NCBI GenBank assembly: GCA_020026415.1
Contig: JAHHQL010000004.1
Span: forward strand, 22,959 to 86,958
Reading direction: 5' to 3'
DNA length: 64,000 nucleotides
DNA from: Alistipes sp.
GTDB lineage: Bacteria; Bacteroidota; Bacteroidia; Bacteroidales; Rikenellaceae
In this document: in pieces, positions 9,304-18,589 of the stretch
Layout of the letters: each line of letters begins with the position of its first letter
Position numbering within the stretch: the stretch's first letter is position 1
The notes under the pieces: model-generated
The model's database searches: none
Seen by the model: only the letters and a program-made list of their open reading frames with translations
What the model was told of the DNA's origin: nothing
Position numbers and translations under genes: made by a program

Positions 9304-10545
9304 ATGTTATACCATCTTTTCAAATATCTGGATGAGGCTTTCGACATGCCGGGTGCGGGTATGTTCCAATACATCTCGTTCCGCTCGGCGACGGCCATCA
9401 TCATCTCCCTGCTGATTGCGATCATCTTCGGCCGCCGAATCATCGACTTCCTGCAACGCAAACAGATCGGCGAGACCATCCGCAACCTCGGTCTGGAGGG
9501 TCAGATGCAGAAGAAGGGTACTCCCACCATGGGCGGTGTCATCATCCTTCTGGCGATCCTCGTCCCCACCCTCCTCTTCGGCAAACTGACCAACACCTAC
9601 GTCCTTTTGATGATCATCTCGACCATCTGGCTCGGTCTGATCGGCGGTCTGGACGACTACATCAAGGTCTTCCGCCACAACAAGGAGGGTTTGAACGGTC
9701 GTTTCAAAATCGTGGGACAGGTCGGACTGGGCATCATCGTGGGACTGACGATGTGGCTCTCGCCCGACATCGTTGTCCGCGAAAAAGTCACCCGCGAGGC
9801 CGAAACCACCTTCATCGACAAGACGGGCGAGGCAGTGAACCTCCACCAGAATGTGGTGATCGACTCGCGTCCCACGAAAACCACCAAAACGACCATCCCC
9901 TTCATCAAGGACAACGAATTTGACTACGGGTGGCTCACGGGCGGCGACGAAAAAGCGATGTGGATCGTCTATGTGCTGGTGGCGATCCTCGTGGTGACGG
10001 CCGTATCGAACGGCGCAAACCTCACGGACGGATTGGACGGTCTGGTGACGGGTGTCTCGGTGCCGATCGTCATGGTATTGGCGGTCTTGGCCTACCTTTC
10101 GGGACACATCATCTATGCCGACTACCTCAACATCATGTACATTCCCGATGCGGGTGAATTGGTGGTGGTGGCCGCCGCCATCATGGGTGCACTGGTCGGT
10201 TTCCTGTGGTACAACTCCTACCCCGCCCAGATCTTCATGGGCGATACGGGTTCGCTGGCCATCGGCGGTGTGATTGCCGTCTTTGCGCTGTGTCTGCGCA
10301 AAGAGTTATTGCTGCCCCTGCTGTGCGGTATCTTCTTCGTGGAGAGCCTCTCGGTGATGATTCAGGTCAGCTACTTCAAATACACCAAACGAAAATACGG
10401 CGAAGGACGGCGCATATTCCTCATGTCGCCCCTCCATCACCACTATCAGAAGAAAAACATCTTTGAAACCAAGATCGTGCTGCGTTTCTGGATCATCTCG
10501 CTGCTGTTGGCGGCCATGACCCTCATCACGCTCAAGATCAGATAA
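9304..10545 (+). CDS. mraY: phospho-N-acetylmuramoyl-pentapeptide transferase
   Basis: Polytopic membrane protein with NLTDGLDGL and MGDTGSLA motifs. dcw context. Confidence 0.95.
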   Translation: MLYHLFKYLDEAFDMPGAGMFQYISFRSATAIIISLLIAIIFGRRIIDFLQRKQIGETIRNLGLEGQMQKKGTPTMGGVIILLAILVPTLLFGKLTNTYVLLMIISTIWLGLIGGLDDYIKVFRHNKEGLNGRFKIVGQVGLGIIVGLTMWLSPDIVVREKVTREAETTFIDKTGEAVNLHQNVVIDSRPTKTTKTTIPFIKDNEFDYGWLTGGDEKAMWIVYVLVAILVVTAVSNGANLTDGLDGLVTGVSVPIVMVLAVLAYLSGHIIYADYLNIMYIPDAGELVVVAAAIMGALVGFLWYNSYPAQIFMGDTGSLAIGGVIAVFALCLRKELLLPLLCGIFFVESLSVMIQVSYFKYTKRKYGEGRRIFLMSPLHHHYQKKNIFETKIVLRFWIISLLLAAMTLITLKIR

Positions 10546-10596
10546 AACGACATTGCGAGAGCCCCAACCGACTCCCGGACAAAACAAATTGGAATC

Positions 10597-11952
10597 ATGC
10601 AACAAAAAACGATTGTAGTGCTTGGCGGCGGAATCAGCGGTTACGGATCGGCGATTCTGGCTCAGAAAAAAGGGTTTGACGTATTTCTGTCCGATTCGGG
10701 CAGGATTGCCGATCGGTTCAAGAAGCATCTGGACGAATGGCACGTGCCCTACGAGGAGGGCGGTCACTCGGAGGAGCGTATTCTTCGTGCCGACGAAGTG
10801 ATCAAGTCACCGGGCATTCCCGAAAAAGCCCCCATTGTGCGCAAGTTGCGCGAAAAGCACATCCCGATCATCTCCGAGATGGAGTTTGCCTGCCGCTATC
10901 TGGGCAAGGCACGCACCATCTGCATCACGGGATCGAACGGCAAGACCACAACCACCTCCTTGATCTACAAGATCATGCGCGATGCGGGCATGAATGTGGC
11001 TCTGGGTGGCAACATCGGCGAGAGTTTCGCCTATTCGGTCGCCACGGGCAATTATGACTGGTATGTGTTGGAGTTGAGTTCGTTCCAGTTGGACGGCATG
11101 TACAAGTTCCGTGCGAACATCGGCCTGTTGATGAACATCACCCCCGACCACCTCGACCGCTACGACTACTGCTTCCAGAACTACATCAATTCGAAAATGC
11201 GCATCACGCAGAACATGAAGTCGAACGACTACTTCATCTATTCGGGCGATGACGAGACGATCTGGGCGCAGTTCCCCCAATACGATTTCCGCATGAAACA
11301 ACTCCCCTTCGCCGCCAAAGCCGCCGTGGCAAGCGGTGCGGGCGATGCCTTCCTGTTGGACGGACACTTCACGGCATCGGTCGGCAAGCGTTCGGTCGAG
11401 ATCGACATGGCGAAGATGCAGATCAAGGGTCTGCACAACGCCTACAACGCCATGGCAGCCTCTCTGGCAACCCTTGCCGCAGGCGTAGAGCCCGAACAGA
11501 TCACCCGTTCGCTCTACGACTTTGCCCCCGTGGAGCATCGTCTGGAGCCTGTCCGCGAAGCGGACGGCGTACTCTGGATCAACGACTCGAAAGCGACCAA
11601 CGTCGATTCGGTATGGTACGCGCTGGAAAGCATGACGCGCCCCTTGGTGTGGATTGCCGGCGGTACGGACAAGGGCAACGACTACACCCCGCTCAAGGAA
11701 TTTGCCCGCAAGAAGGTACACACGCTCATCTGCATGGGTCTGAACAACGAGAAACTCCTCCACGAATTTAAGGACGTCATCCCCCACATCGAGGCTTACG
11801 ACAACTTCGAAGGTGCGATGCAGGCCGCTCACAAGGCCTCGCACAAGGGTGATGTGGTGCTGTTGTCGCCTGCCTGCGCAAGTTTCGACCTGTTCCACAG
11901 TTACGAACACCGCGGCGAAGAGTTCAAGAAGTGGGTTAAGGAAAACCTCTAA
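10597..11952 (+). CDS. murD: UDP-N-acetylmuramoylalanine--D-glutamate ligase
   Basis: Mur ligase P-loop ITGSNGKTTT. Position follows mraY. Confidence 0.95.
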   Translation: MQQKTIVVLGGGISGYGSAILAQKKGFDVFLSDSGRIADRFKKHLDEWHVPYEEGGHSEERILRADEVIKSPGIPEKAPIVRKLREKHIPIISEMEFACRYLGKARTICITGSNGKTTTTSLIYKIMRDAGMNVALGGNIGESFAYSVATGNYDWYVLELSSFQLDGMYKFRANIGLLMNITPDHLDRYDYCFQNYINSKMRITQNMKSNDYFIYSGDDETIWAQFPQYDFRMKQLPFAAKAAVASGAGDAFLLDGHFTASVGKRSVEIDMAKMQIKGLHNAYNAMAASLATLAAGVEPEQITRSLYDFAPVEHRLEPVREADGVLWINDSKATNVDSVWYALESMTRPLVWIAGGTDKGNDYTPLKEFARKKVHTLICMGLNNEKLLHEFKDVIPHIEAYDNFEGAMQAAHKASHKGDVVLLSPACASFDLFHSYEHRGEEFKKWVKENL

Positions 11953-11967
11953 ACCGAACCGAGGCCG

Positions 11968-13260
11968 ATGACACTGAACAAAACAACCCTTTACGACACG
12001 CTCCGCAAAGCACGCCGTCCGATTGATCACCCGTGGACGATCTTCACGGGCGACCGCGTGTTGTGGGTCATCATCATCGCCCTGATGGTCATCTCGGTGC
12101 TGGTCGTCTATTCCTCGACCGCCAAAATGGCCTACTCGTCCTATGCCTCGACCTCCTCGGCACAATTCTTAAAGCAGCAACTCACGATCATCTTCGGAAG
12201 TTTCTTCGTGATGATGATCGTCCAGCGCATCAACTGCCGCATCTATCACTTCCTCACCCCGATGGTCTTTCTCCTGTCGCTGTTAGGTACGGTGGCGGTC
12301 TATTTCGTCGGCACTTCGACCAACGGCGCGGCACGATGGATCGACTTGGGATTCATCCAGTTGCAACCATCCGAAGCGTTGAAGGTGAGCGTCATCATGT
12401 TCATGGCGCGGCAGTTGGCCGCCCGTCAGAAGAAGATCGACACGCTGCGAATCGTCCCCTCGTGGAAGTTCTGGACGTGGTTCCGCGACCCCGCACAACG
12501 TAAAATATGGCGCGAGGGAACCCGCCCGATCCTGCTGCCGATCGTCATCTCGTGTGCCGTGATTCTGCCGGCACACACCTCGTCGGCGGTGCTGTTGTTC
12601 GGCGTGTCGTGGGTCATGATGCTGATCGGGCGCGTGCGGTTCTCCGAATTGATGAAACTCGTCGGATGGGCTCTGGCGGGAGTTTTGCTTATCTGGTCGC
12701 TGAATTTGGGTCGAAGCGAGACCGCCGAGGGGCGTGTCGGCACGTGGATCGACTTCTGGTTCTCCTCCAACGAAGAACCCAAACCCATCGAGCACCTCTC
12801 GGATACGGAGCGTTCACTCATCGCCATCCACGACGGAGGCCTTATCGGCAAGGGTGCGGGACAAAGTGCCATGCGCGTGGAGATGATCCACCCCGAAAGC
12901 GACTACGCCTACGCCTTTTTTGTCGAGGAGTACGGATTCATCCTCGCCTCCGCCCTTCTGATGCTCTACCTGTGGATTTTCTTCCGCGCCATCGAAATCT
13001 TCCGACGGTGCGGAACGGCTTTCCCCGGACTTTTGGTGTTGGGTATGGGACTGATGATCACCTGTCAGGCATTGCTGCACGTGATGGTGACCCTCAACAT
13101 CATCCCCGAAACGGGTCAGACCCTGCCGCTTATTTCGCGCGGAGGATCGTCGATGCTCTTCACCTCGATTGCACTGGGCATGATCCTCAGCGTGAGCCGT
13201 CAGAACGACGAGCATTCCCACCTCAAACCCCGTGGCGAAAGCCTTCTGGAAAAACCATAA
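11968..13260 (+). CDS. ftsW: SEDS-family peptidoglycan glycosyltransferase FtsW
   Basis: Polytopic membrane protein with the conserved PETGQTLPLISRGGSS motif. Position follows murD. Confidence 0.92.
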   Translation: MTLNKTTLYDTLRKARRPIDHPWTIFTGDRVLWVIIIALMVISVLVVYSSTAKMAYSSYASTSSAQFLKQQLTIIFGSFFVMMIVQRINCRIYHFLTPMVFLLSLLGTVAVYFVGTSTNGAARWIDLGFIQLQPSEALKVSVIMFMARQLAARQKKIDTLRIVPSWKFWTWFRDPAQRKIWREGTRPILLPIVISCAVILPAHTSSAVLLFGVSWVMMLIGRVRFSELMKLVGWALAGVLLIWSLNLGRSETAEGRVGTWIDFWFSSNEEPKPIEHLSDTERSLIAIHDGGLIGKGAGQSAMRVEMIHPESDYAYAFFVEEYGFILASALLMLYLWIFFRAIEIFRRCGTAFPGLLVLGMGLMITCQALLHVMVTLNIIPETGQTLPLISRGGSSMLFTSIALGMILSVSRQNDEHSHLKPRGESLLEKP

Positions 13261-13281
13261 ACCCGTTTATCAACATTCACT

Positions 13282-13686
13282 ATGGATCAAATACGTTTGG
13301 ACAAATATCTGTGGGCAGTACGTGTATTCAAGACCCGCAGCGATGCCGCCGAAGCCATCCGCACCAATAAGGTATGGGTGAACGGATCGACCGTGAAACC
13401 CTCGCGGGAGGTCAAGATCGGCGATAAAATAGAGGTACGCAAAGTACGCATTACCTATTCTTACAAAGTCCTCGATCTGGTATCGAGCCGTCAGCCCGCC
13501 GCCAATGTTCCCGCTTACTGCCTCAACATCACCCCGCAGGAGGAGTTGGACAAGTTGGTCGTTCCCCGCGAGACGATTTTCGTGTCGCGCGACCGCGGTA
13601 CGGGACGACCCACCAAAAAGGAACGCCGCGAAATGGATGCCCTGATGGAGGACTTCTACTACGGCGACGAGGACGACGAAGATTAA
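13282..13686 (+). CDS. RNA-binding S4-domain protein (Hsp15/HslR-like)
   Basis: 134 aa. N-terminal S4 motif IRLDKYLWAVRVFKTRSDA and an acidic C-terminal tail. Followed by an intrinsic terminator. Confidence 0.85.
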   Translation: MDQIRLDKYLWAVRVFKTRSDAAEAIRTNKVWVNGSTVKPSREVKIGDKIEVRKVRITYSYKVLDLVSSRQPAANVPAYCLNITPQEELDKLVVPRETIFVSRDRGTGRPTKKERREMDALMEDFYYGDEDDED

Positions 13687-13710
13687 CCCTTACACAGAGT
13701 AAATCTTCGG

Positions 13711-13755
13711 AAAGACCGATTTACGGACAGCGGGCGTAAATCGGTCTTTTTTTTA
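13711..13755 (+). terminator. intrinsic terminator ending the dcw-S4 transcription unit
   Basis: AAAGACCGATTTACG / CGTAAATCGGTCTTT stem followed by T8. Confidence 0.85.
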
Positions 13756-13856
13756 TTAACACATTGATTTATAGTTGATTAACATATTTTGCGGATTTCA
13801 GACAGGATGAAAATCGTTAAAAAATTGTTAAATATATTTAAAATATTCCTAAAAAA

Positions 13857-13887
13857 TTTGCAGTTCCGAAAAACTGCCGTATCTTTG
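13857..13887 (+). promoter_or_regulatory. Bacteroidota sigma-A type promoter (-33 TTTG / -7 TATCTTTG, 19-nt spacer)
   Basis: TTTG at 13857-13860 and TATCTTTG at 13880-13887, inside an AT-rich island. No CDS downstream. Confidence 0.6.
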
Positions 13888-13893
13888 CAGCGA

Positions 13894-14094
13894 AGTTTTA
13901 AGGTTCATTTAGGTTAGTAGTTTTAGGTTGGTTGAGGAAGATTGAGAAGGTTGCAACCCGACAAGGTTGCTAAGACATTGTGAGCGGTGCTCGCCACAGA
14001 TGTCGAACACCTTCCAATTCCGACTCTTTAACAACAGCGGGTGGTTCCCTGTTGTTAAAAAAAGTCGTTCGAGAAATCGGACGACTTTTTTGTT
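13894..14094 (+). ncRNA. candidate ~200-nt structured small RNA (family unknown)
   Basis: Bounded by a consensus promoter (13857-13887) and a hairpin + T-tract terminator (14063-14094). No credible ORF. A long imperfect helix pairs 13926-13950 with 14010-14035, with internal hairpins at 13953-13970 and 13982-13992. Confidence 0.45.
14057..14094. terminator. bidirectional terminator (sRNA candidate / nucleotidyltransferase gene)
   Basis: AGTCGTTCG-AGAAAT-CGGACGACT hairpin flanked by A7 and T6. Confidence 0.75.
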
Positions 14095-15167
14095 TATACC
14101 CTGCGGCATTTCTTTTCGGACACGAACCTCCTTTTCCAACGGTTTGCCCAATGTCGGCACATCTTGAACCCCACACGCACCGCCCACGGCGCATCTTTTT
14201 GGAGTTTCCACGGAAAGCGCGGGCGGATCACCTCCTTTACGAAGTCGCCCAAATCCTGCTCCGAAACACGTTCGCCGGGAACATATTCTTCCTCCAGCCC
14301 AAGGCATTCGGTCGCAAACGTATTCAGCGCAACCATAAATCGGGAAATACCCCATTTCCGCGCCACCGCTTCGATCCGCGTCCAGTCGATTTCCGAATGA
14401 TGGCAACGGATGTAGAGTGTCCAATCCGCCACATGTCGCATACGGATCACCCCCGTGCGGAATTTCAGAGCCGCATGGCGCAACATATAAATAAGGGCGA
14501 GGTTCGCATCGGGAAGGCGCACCTCCACCCCGTCGATTTCGGCAATATGGTCGCATCCCGCGCCCAGCCATTCCGCCTCAGGCAGGCAGTGGTGGTTTTC
14601 CACCAGCACGGGATCCATCCGAAAGAGGGTTTGTCCCGCGGGATCCTGTTCGATGCGCACCTTTCGGGCATTTTTCAACAATTCGTCCGCCACCTTTTGA
14701 TCACCATACAGCCAAATATCCACATCACCACATTCGCGTGCCGAAGGGGTCGGATAGCAGAGACTTACGCCGTAGCCGTTCAACAGAAGCATACGGATAT
14801 TGTGTCCGGCATAGAATGCACCGAGCCTTCGCACCACCTCGGTTTGTTGTTCATAACGCTGTTCGCGGTGCTCGGCGGTGTCGATCCACTTACGGATTAA
14901 GTCGTTGGAGGGCAGTTGGTTATTGGTTATTTCACGAGTTATCAACAATTGTTGAATACCGTCCCACACGGGTTTCACAACCCGATGCTCGACCGCCATG
15001 CGACAGACCGCCTCCCAGTCGGGTGCAGCAAAAAAGGCAGACACTGCGTCTGCCTTTTTCGAGGTGGAAAGCACCTTTGCGAGTTGTTCGGACGAGGCCT
15101 CAAGCCCCAGACCGCGACACAACGTATAAACAAATCCGTGCTCCGCCGTAAAATCGGGTTCGTTCAT
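14094..15167 (-). CDS. uncharacterised nucleotidyltransferase family protein (NTP_transf_5-like)
   Basis: 357-aa ORF with a GDVDIW nucleotidyltransferase-type acidic motif. Its stop codon lies inside a bidirectional terminator. Confidence 0.7.
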   Translation of the reverse strand: MNEPDFTAEHGFVYTLCRGLGLEASSEQLAKVLSTSKKADAVSAFFAAPDWEAVCRMAVEHRVVKPVWDGIQQLLITREITNNQLPSNDLIRKWIDTAEHREQRYEQQTEVVRRLGAFYAGHNIRMLLLNGYGVSLCYPTPSARECGDVDIWLYGDQKVADELLKNARKVRIEQDPAGQTLFRMDPVLVENHHCLPEAEWLGAGCDHIAEIDGVEVRLPDANLALIYMLRHAALKFRTGVIRMRHVADWTLYIRCHHSEIDWTRIEAVARKWGISRFMVALNTFATECLGLEEEYVPGERVSEQDLGDFVKEVIRPRFPWKLQKDAPWAVRVGFKMCRHWANRWKRRFVSEKKCRRV

Positions 15168-15169
15168 GA

Positions 15170-16969
15170 CTACTCCAACGTCAGTTTATAGGGACAGTAC
15201 ATGACGATTCCGCGTTGCGAGACCGCCTCACGCAGTTGGTCGAAGCGGTCGGCAACGACATTTTCATCGGTCAGAAGCGACATCACACCCATCTTCGAGA
15301 GGAGTTTCATCTGCGAAGAGTTGAGCGAAGAGAGCAGTTCAGCCAGCCATGTGGCCTCATCGGTCACTTCGCGCACGGAGAATTTCTCGCCCATGCCGGC
15401 GCGCTCCACAGCCAGAGCAATCGCCTCCTTCAGACCGCCGATTCCGTCGGCAAGACCGATCTCAAGGGCATCGGCACCCGACCATACACGGCCGCCTGCC
15501 AACTCCAGCACCTTCTCGTATTCGAGGTTGCGTCCGTCAGATACAAGATGTGTGAAACGACTGTAAATGTCGTCCACACCGCGCATGATCGCCTTCTTTT
15601 GTACGGGCGACAACTCGCGCATCAAAGACATCGAAGCCTCCTTGTTGGTCTTCACGCCGTCGAACGTCACACCGAGGTTCTTCTCCAGAGCCTTACCCAC
15701 ATTGGGGATCATGCCGAATACGCCGATCGAACCCGTCAGCGTCATGCGGTTGGCAAGGATCAGATCCGAACCCGACGAAATGTAATAACCGCCGCTTGCG
15801 GCATACGAACCCATCGAAACGACCACGGGTTTCTTGTCGCGCAGGAGTTCGATCTCACGCCAGATGATATCCGATGCCAGAGCACTGCCGCCCGGCGAAT
15901 TAACACGCAGTACGACCGCCTTCACATTCTCGTCGAGGCGTACCTTGCGGATCTTCTCCGCCAGCGAGTTGCCGAATATCTTCGCACCCGATCCCTCTCC
16001 ATCGACAATCTCTCCGTCGGCGTAAACCACGGCAACCTGATTCTTGGGATACATCATCACGGGGAAAACCTTCAGCGAAACATATTCGCCGAGGGTGATC
16101 ATGTTGAATCCGCCCTCCGCATTCTCCCTGACGCCCAAGTCGGAAAAGACCTTGTTCATCTCGTCCTCATAGATCACGCCATCGACAAAACCTGCCTTGA
16201 GGGCTTCGGGAGCGAGCGTAACCTCCAGACCGTCCGCGATGCGGTTCAAGGTTTCGGGGTCGATCTTACGCGCCTCGGCCACCGTCTTGGAGATCGTGCC
16301 CCACATCGAGTGCATCAGAGCCTCCATCTGTTCGCGGTTGGCAGCCGACATCTTGTCGAGGAAGTACGGCTCGACGGCACTCTTGTATTTGCAGACCGTC
16401 GGGCGGAAAATCTCGACGTTGATACCCAATTTGTCGAACAGCCCTTTATAGAACATCAACTCCGACGAAAGACCCATCCACTCGAAACCGCCCTGCGGCG
16501 TAAGGTAGATCTTGTCGGCAACCGATGCGAGGTAGTAACTGCCCTGCGTATAGGTCTCGTTATACGATACGATGAATTTACCGCTCTGCTTGAACTCCTC
16601 AAGGGCGCGACGCAATTCTTCCGCAAGACCCGATCCCGCGACACCGCCCATGCCGTTCATGCGCAGATAGATACCCTTGATGTTGGGATCGACCTTGGCG
16701 ACATCCAACGCCGTCAGCACCCGGAACAGGGGCAGCGGCTGAATGCTCTGCATGGTTGCGGGGTCGAACTGCCCCATCATATCAAAATTCGGCGAATCGA
16801 CGATCGGTTCCGCAAGGTCGATCTTCAGCACCGATTCGGGTTGCAACACCACGGGCTTCTCCATTGATCCGAGGATGCCGCCCACGATTGCAAAGAAGAT
16901 CATCGGCAGAATCAGAAGACCGACCAGCACGGCCAGAAGGGATGCCAAAAAGTTTCTGAGAAATTTCAT
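15170..16969 (-). CDS. sppA: signal peptide peptidase SppA, 67K type
   Basis: 599 aa. N-terminal TM helix, two tandem S49 domains, SMGSYAASGGYYIS motif. Confidence 0.92.
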   Translation of the reverse strand: MKFLRNFLASLLAVLVGLLILPMIFFAIVGGILGSMEKPVVLQPESVLKIDLAEPIVDSPNFDMMGQFDPATMQSIQPLPLFRVLTALDVAKVDPNIKGIYLRMNGMGGVAGSGLAEELRRALEEFKQSGKFIVSYNETYTQGSYYLASVADKIYLTPQGGFEWMGLSSELMFYKGLFDKLGINVEIFRPTVCKYKSAVEPYFLDKMSAANREQMEALMHSMWGTISKTVAEARKIDPETLNRIADGLEVTLAPEALKAGFVDGVIYEDEMNKVFSDLGVRENAEGGFNMITLGEYVSLKVFPVMMYPKNQVAVVYADGEIVDGEGSGAKIFGNSLAEKIRKVRLDENVKAVVLRVNSPGGSALASDIIWREIELLRDKKPVVVSMGSYAASGGYYISSGSDLILANRMTLTGSIGVFGMIPNVGKALEKNLGVTFDGVKTNKEASMSLMRELSPVQKKAIMRGVDDIYSRFTHLVSDGRNLEYEKVLELAGGRVWSGADALEIGLADGIGGLKEAIALAVERAGMGEKFSVREVTDEATWLAELLSSLNSSQMKLLSKMGVMSLLTDENVVADRFDQLREAVSQRGIVMYCPYKLTLE

Positions 16970-17011
16970 ATTTTACTTAAATTTAAAGTTGTCAGGATTC
17001 GGAGGTTTGAA

Positions 17012-17019
17012 CAAAGATA
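17012..17019 (-). promoter_or_regulatory. -7 box TATCTTTG upstream of sppA
   Basis: Exact TAnnTTTG on the reverse strand, 42 nt from ATG 16969. Confidence 0.55.
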
Positions 17020-17082
17020 TAAATATTTCGCCAAAAACAAACGAATTATCACGAGTATCAACCCGATAAACGCTCCTATTTT

Positions 17083-17113
17083 TATCTTTGTTCCAAAATA
17101 TACGTTATCTTTG
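17083..17113 (+). promoter_or_regulatory. two tandem -7 boxes (TATCTTTG at 17083-17090 and 17106-17113) upstream of apbC/mrp
   Basis: Two exact TAnnTTTG matches. ATG at 17156. Confidence 0.5.
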
Positions 17114-17155
17114 TACCAAAAGCGAATTTATTTTCACACAAAAAAACACCATACT

Positions 17156-18208
17156 ATGGAAGAACAAATCAAGGAGGTGCTTTCGAAGATCATCTACCCG
17201 GAAACGGGCAGAAACATCCTCGAAGAGGAACTGCTGGAAAACATCGCATCGGAGGGCGACAAAATCGCCGTCACGCTGCGTTTCCGCAAGGTTCGAGACC
17301 CCTTTGCACTGAAGATCAAAACCATGGCGGAGGATGCCCTGCGTGCCGCCCTGCCCGGCAAGGAGGTTTTCGTGCTGCTCAAAGAGGGAGTTGCCCCGAA
17401 ACGTCCCGAACCCAAACTTACGACCACAACCAAGAACATCGCCCGCGTAATCGCCATCGCATCGGGTAAGGGCGGTGTCGGCAAATCGACCGTCACGGCC
17501 AATCTGGCCATCGCCCTGCGCAACATGGGTTTCCGCGTCGGCATCCTCGATGCCGACATTTACGGTCCTTCGCAACCCAAAATGTTCGGTTGTGAGGATT
17601 ATCTGCCCGATGCCGTCACCGAAGACGGGGTTGATCACATCGTACCCGCCGAAGCCCTCGACATCAAGTTGATGTCGATCGGATTCTTCGTCAAGAAAAC
17701 CGATGCCCTGTTGTGGCGCGGTGCCATGGCCGTAAACGCCTTAAAACAAATGATCCACCAGACAAAATGGGGTCCGCTGGACTTCCTTTTGTGTGACCTT
17801 CCTCCCGGCACGGGCGACATTCACCTGTCGATCATCGGCGAACTGAATCTCGATGCGTCGGTCATCGTCTCGACCCCGCAGCAGATTGCCGTGGCGGACG
17901 TGGTGCGCGGTGTGGAGATGTTCCGCAACAAGAGCGTCAATGTACCCGTTGCGGGCATCATCGAGAACATGGCGTGGTTCACGCCCGAAGAACTCCCCGA
18001 TCACCGTTACTATATCTTCGGCAAGGGCGGCGCAAGAGCCTATGCCGAGGAGCACGGCGTGGATCTGTTGGGCGAAGTGCCGATCGTACAGTCGATCATG
18101 GAGGGCGGCGAAGAGGGACAGCCCGCCGCAGGCATCGACCCCAGAGTAGAAGAGTGGTACCGCAAGATCGCCGAAAAGGTGGTTGAAAAGGTGATGAAAG
18201 GGTGTTGA
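17156..18208 (+). CDS. apbC: Mrp/NBP35-family iron-sulfur cluster carrier ATPase
   Basis: Start taken at ATG 17156 (MEEQIKEV...); the track start at 17111 is a TTG. Deviant Walker A IASGKGGVGKSTV and CDLPPGTGD motifs are present. Confidence 0.92.
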   Translation: MEEQIKEVLSKIIYPETGRNILEEELLENIASEGDKIAVTLRFRKVRDPFALKIKTMAEDALRAALPGKEVFVLLKEGVAPKRPEPKLTTTTKNIARVIAIASGKGGVGKSTVTANLAIALRNMGFRVGILDADIYGPSQPKMFGCEDYLPDAVTEDGVDHIVPAEALDIKLMSIGFFVKKTDALLWRGAMAVNALKQMIHQTKWGPLDFLLCDLPPGTGDIHLSIIGELNLDASVIVSTPQQIAVADVVRGVEMFRNKSVNVPVAGIIENMAWFTPEELPDHRYYIFGKGGARAYAEEHGVDLLGEVPIVQSIMEGGEEGQPAAGIDPRVEEWYRKIAEKVVEKVMKGC

Positions 18209-18416
18209 TAACCGTTTAAAAAGCCGATCATAACTTTTGAAAACAATTCACAAAAAGTATTTGGAAAATCCCGGAGGACACTGCTTAATCGGAAAAAGCC
18301 AAAAACCAAAAATAGTTTTTAAAAAGTTTGATCAGCCGCAACGGACAAAAACTTGAAAAGATTGTCAATAATATTTTGATGTCGATATGTTGAGAAAGAT
18401 TTCAACAAATGTTTAT

Positions 18417-18424
18417 TACTTTTG
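18417..18424 (+). promoter_or_regulatory. -7 box TACTTTTG upstream of nadA (implies a ~160-nt leader)
   Basis: Exact TAnnTTTG in the 380-nt AT-rich intergenic region. Confidence 0.4.
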
Positions 18425-18589
18425 CATATCGCTGAAAGACACTCTTCCAACGCCGATAAATAATGAAGAATGATGGGCTGCCGATGTAGATAACTCCAAA
18501 CATGTTTCGGTTATCAACATTATGAACAGGGTTTATTATTCTTATTATTTTTTATTATTTATAAAAAGGATAAAATTAAAAGAAAGAAA

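Noticed and set aside
13756-13880. AT-rich island considered as an integration scar or mobile-element edge (the 18209-18589 region was considered the same way)
   Set aside because: There is no integrase or transposase, no tRNA target, and no flanking direct or inverted repeats. It is more simply explained as a promoter-bearing intergenic region.
13967-14167. 66-aa + strand ORF inside the sRNA candidate
   Set aside because: It reads straight through the hairpin/T-tract terminator into the convergent gene. It has no start context and an implausible sequence.
18425-18589. Known NAD+ riboswitch upstream of nadA
   Set aside because: I cannot recognise the conserved elements of the nadA-motif riboswitch by eye, and that class is known mainly from Acidobacteria. 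I left it as an unexplained long leader.
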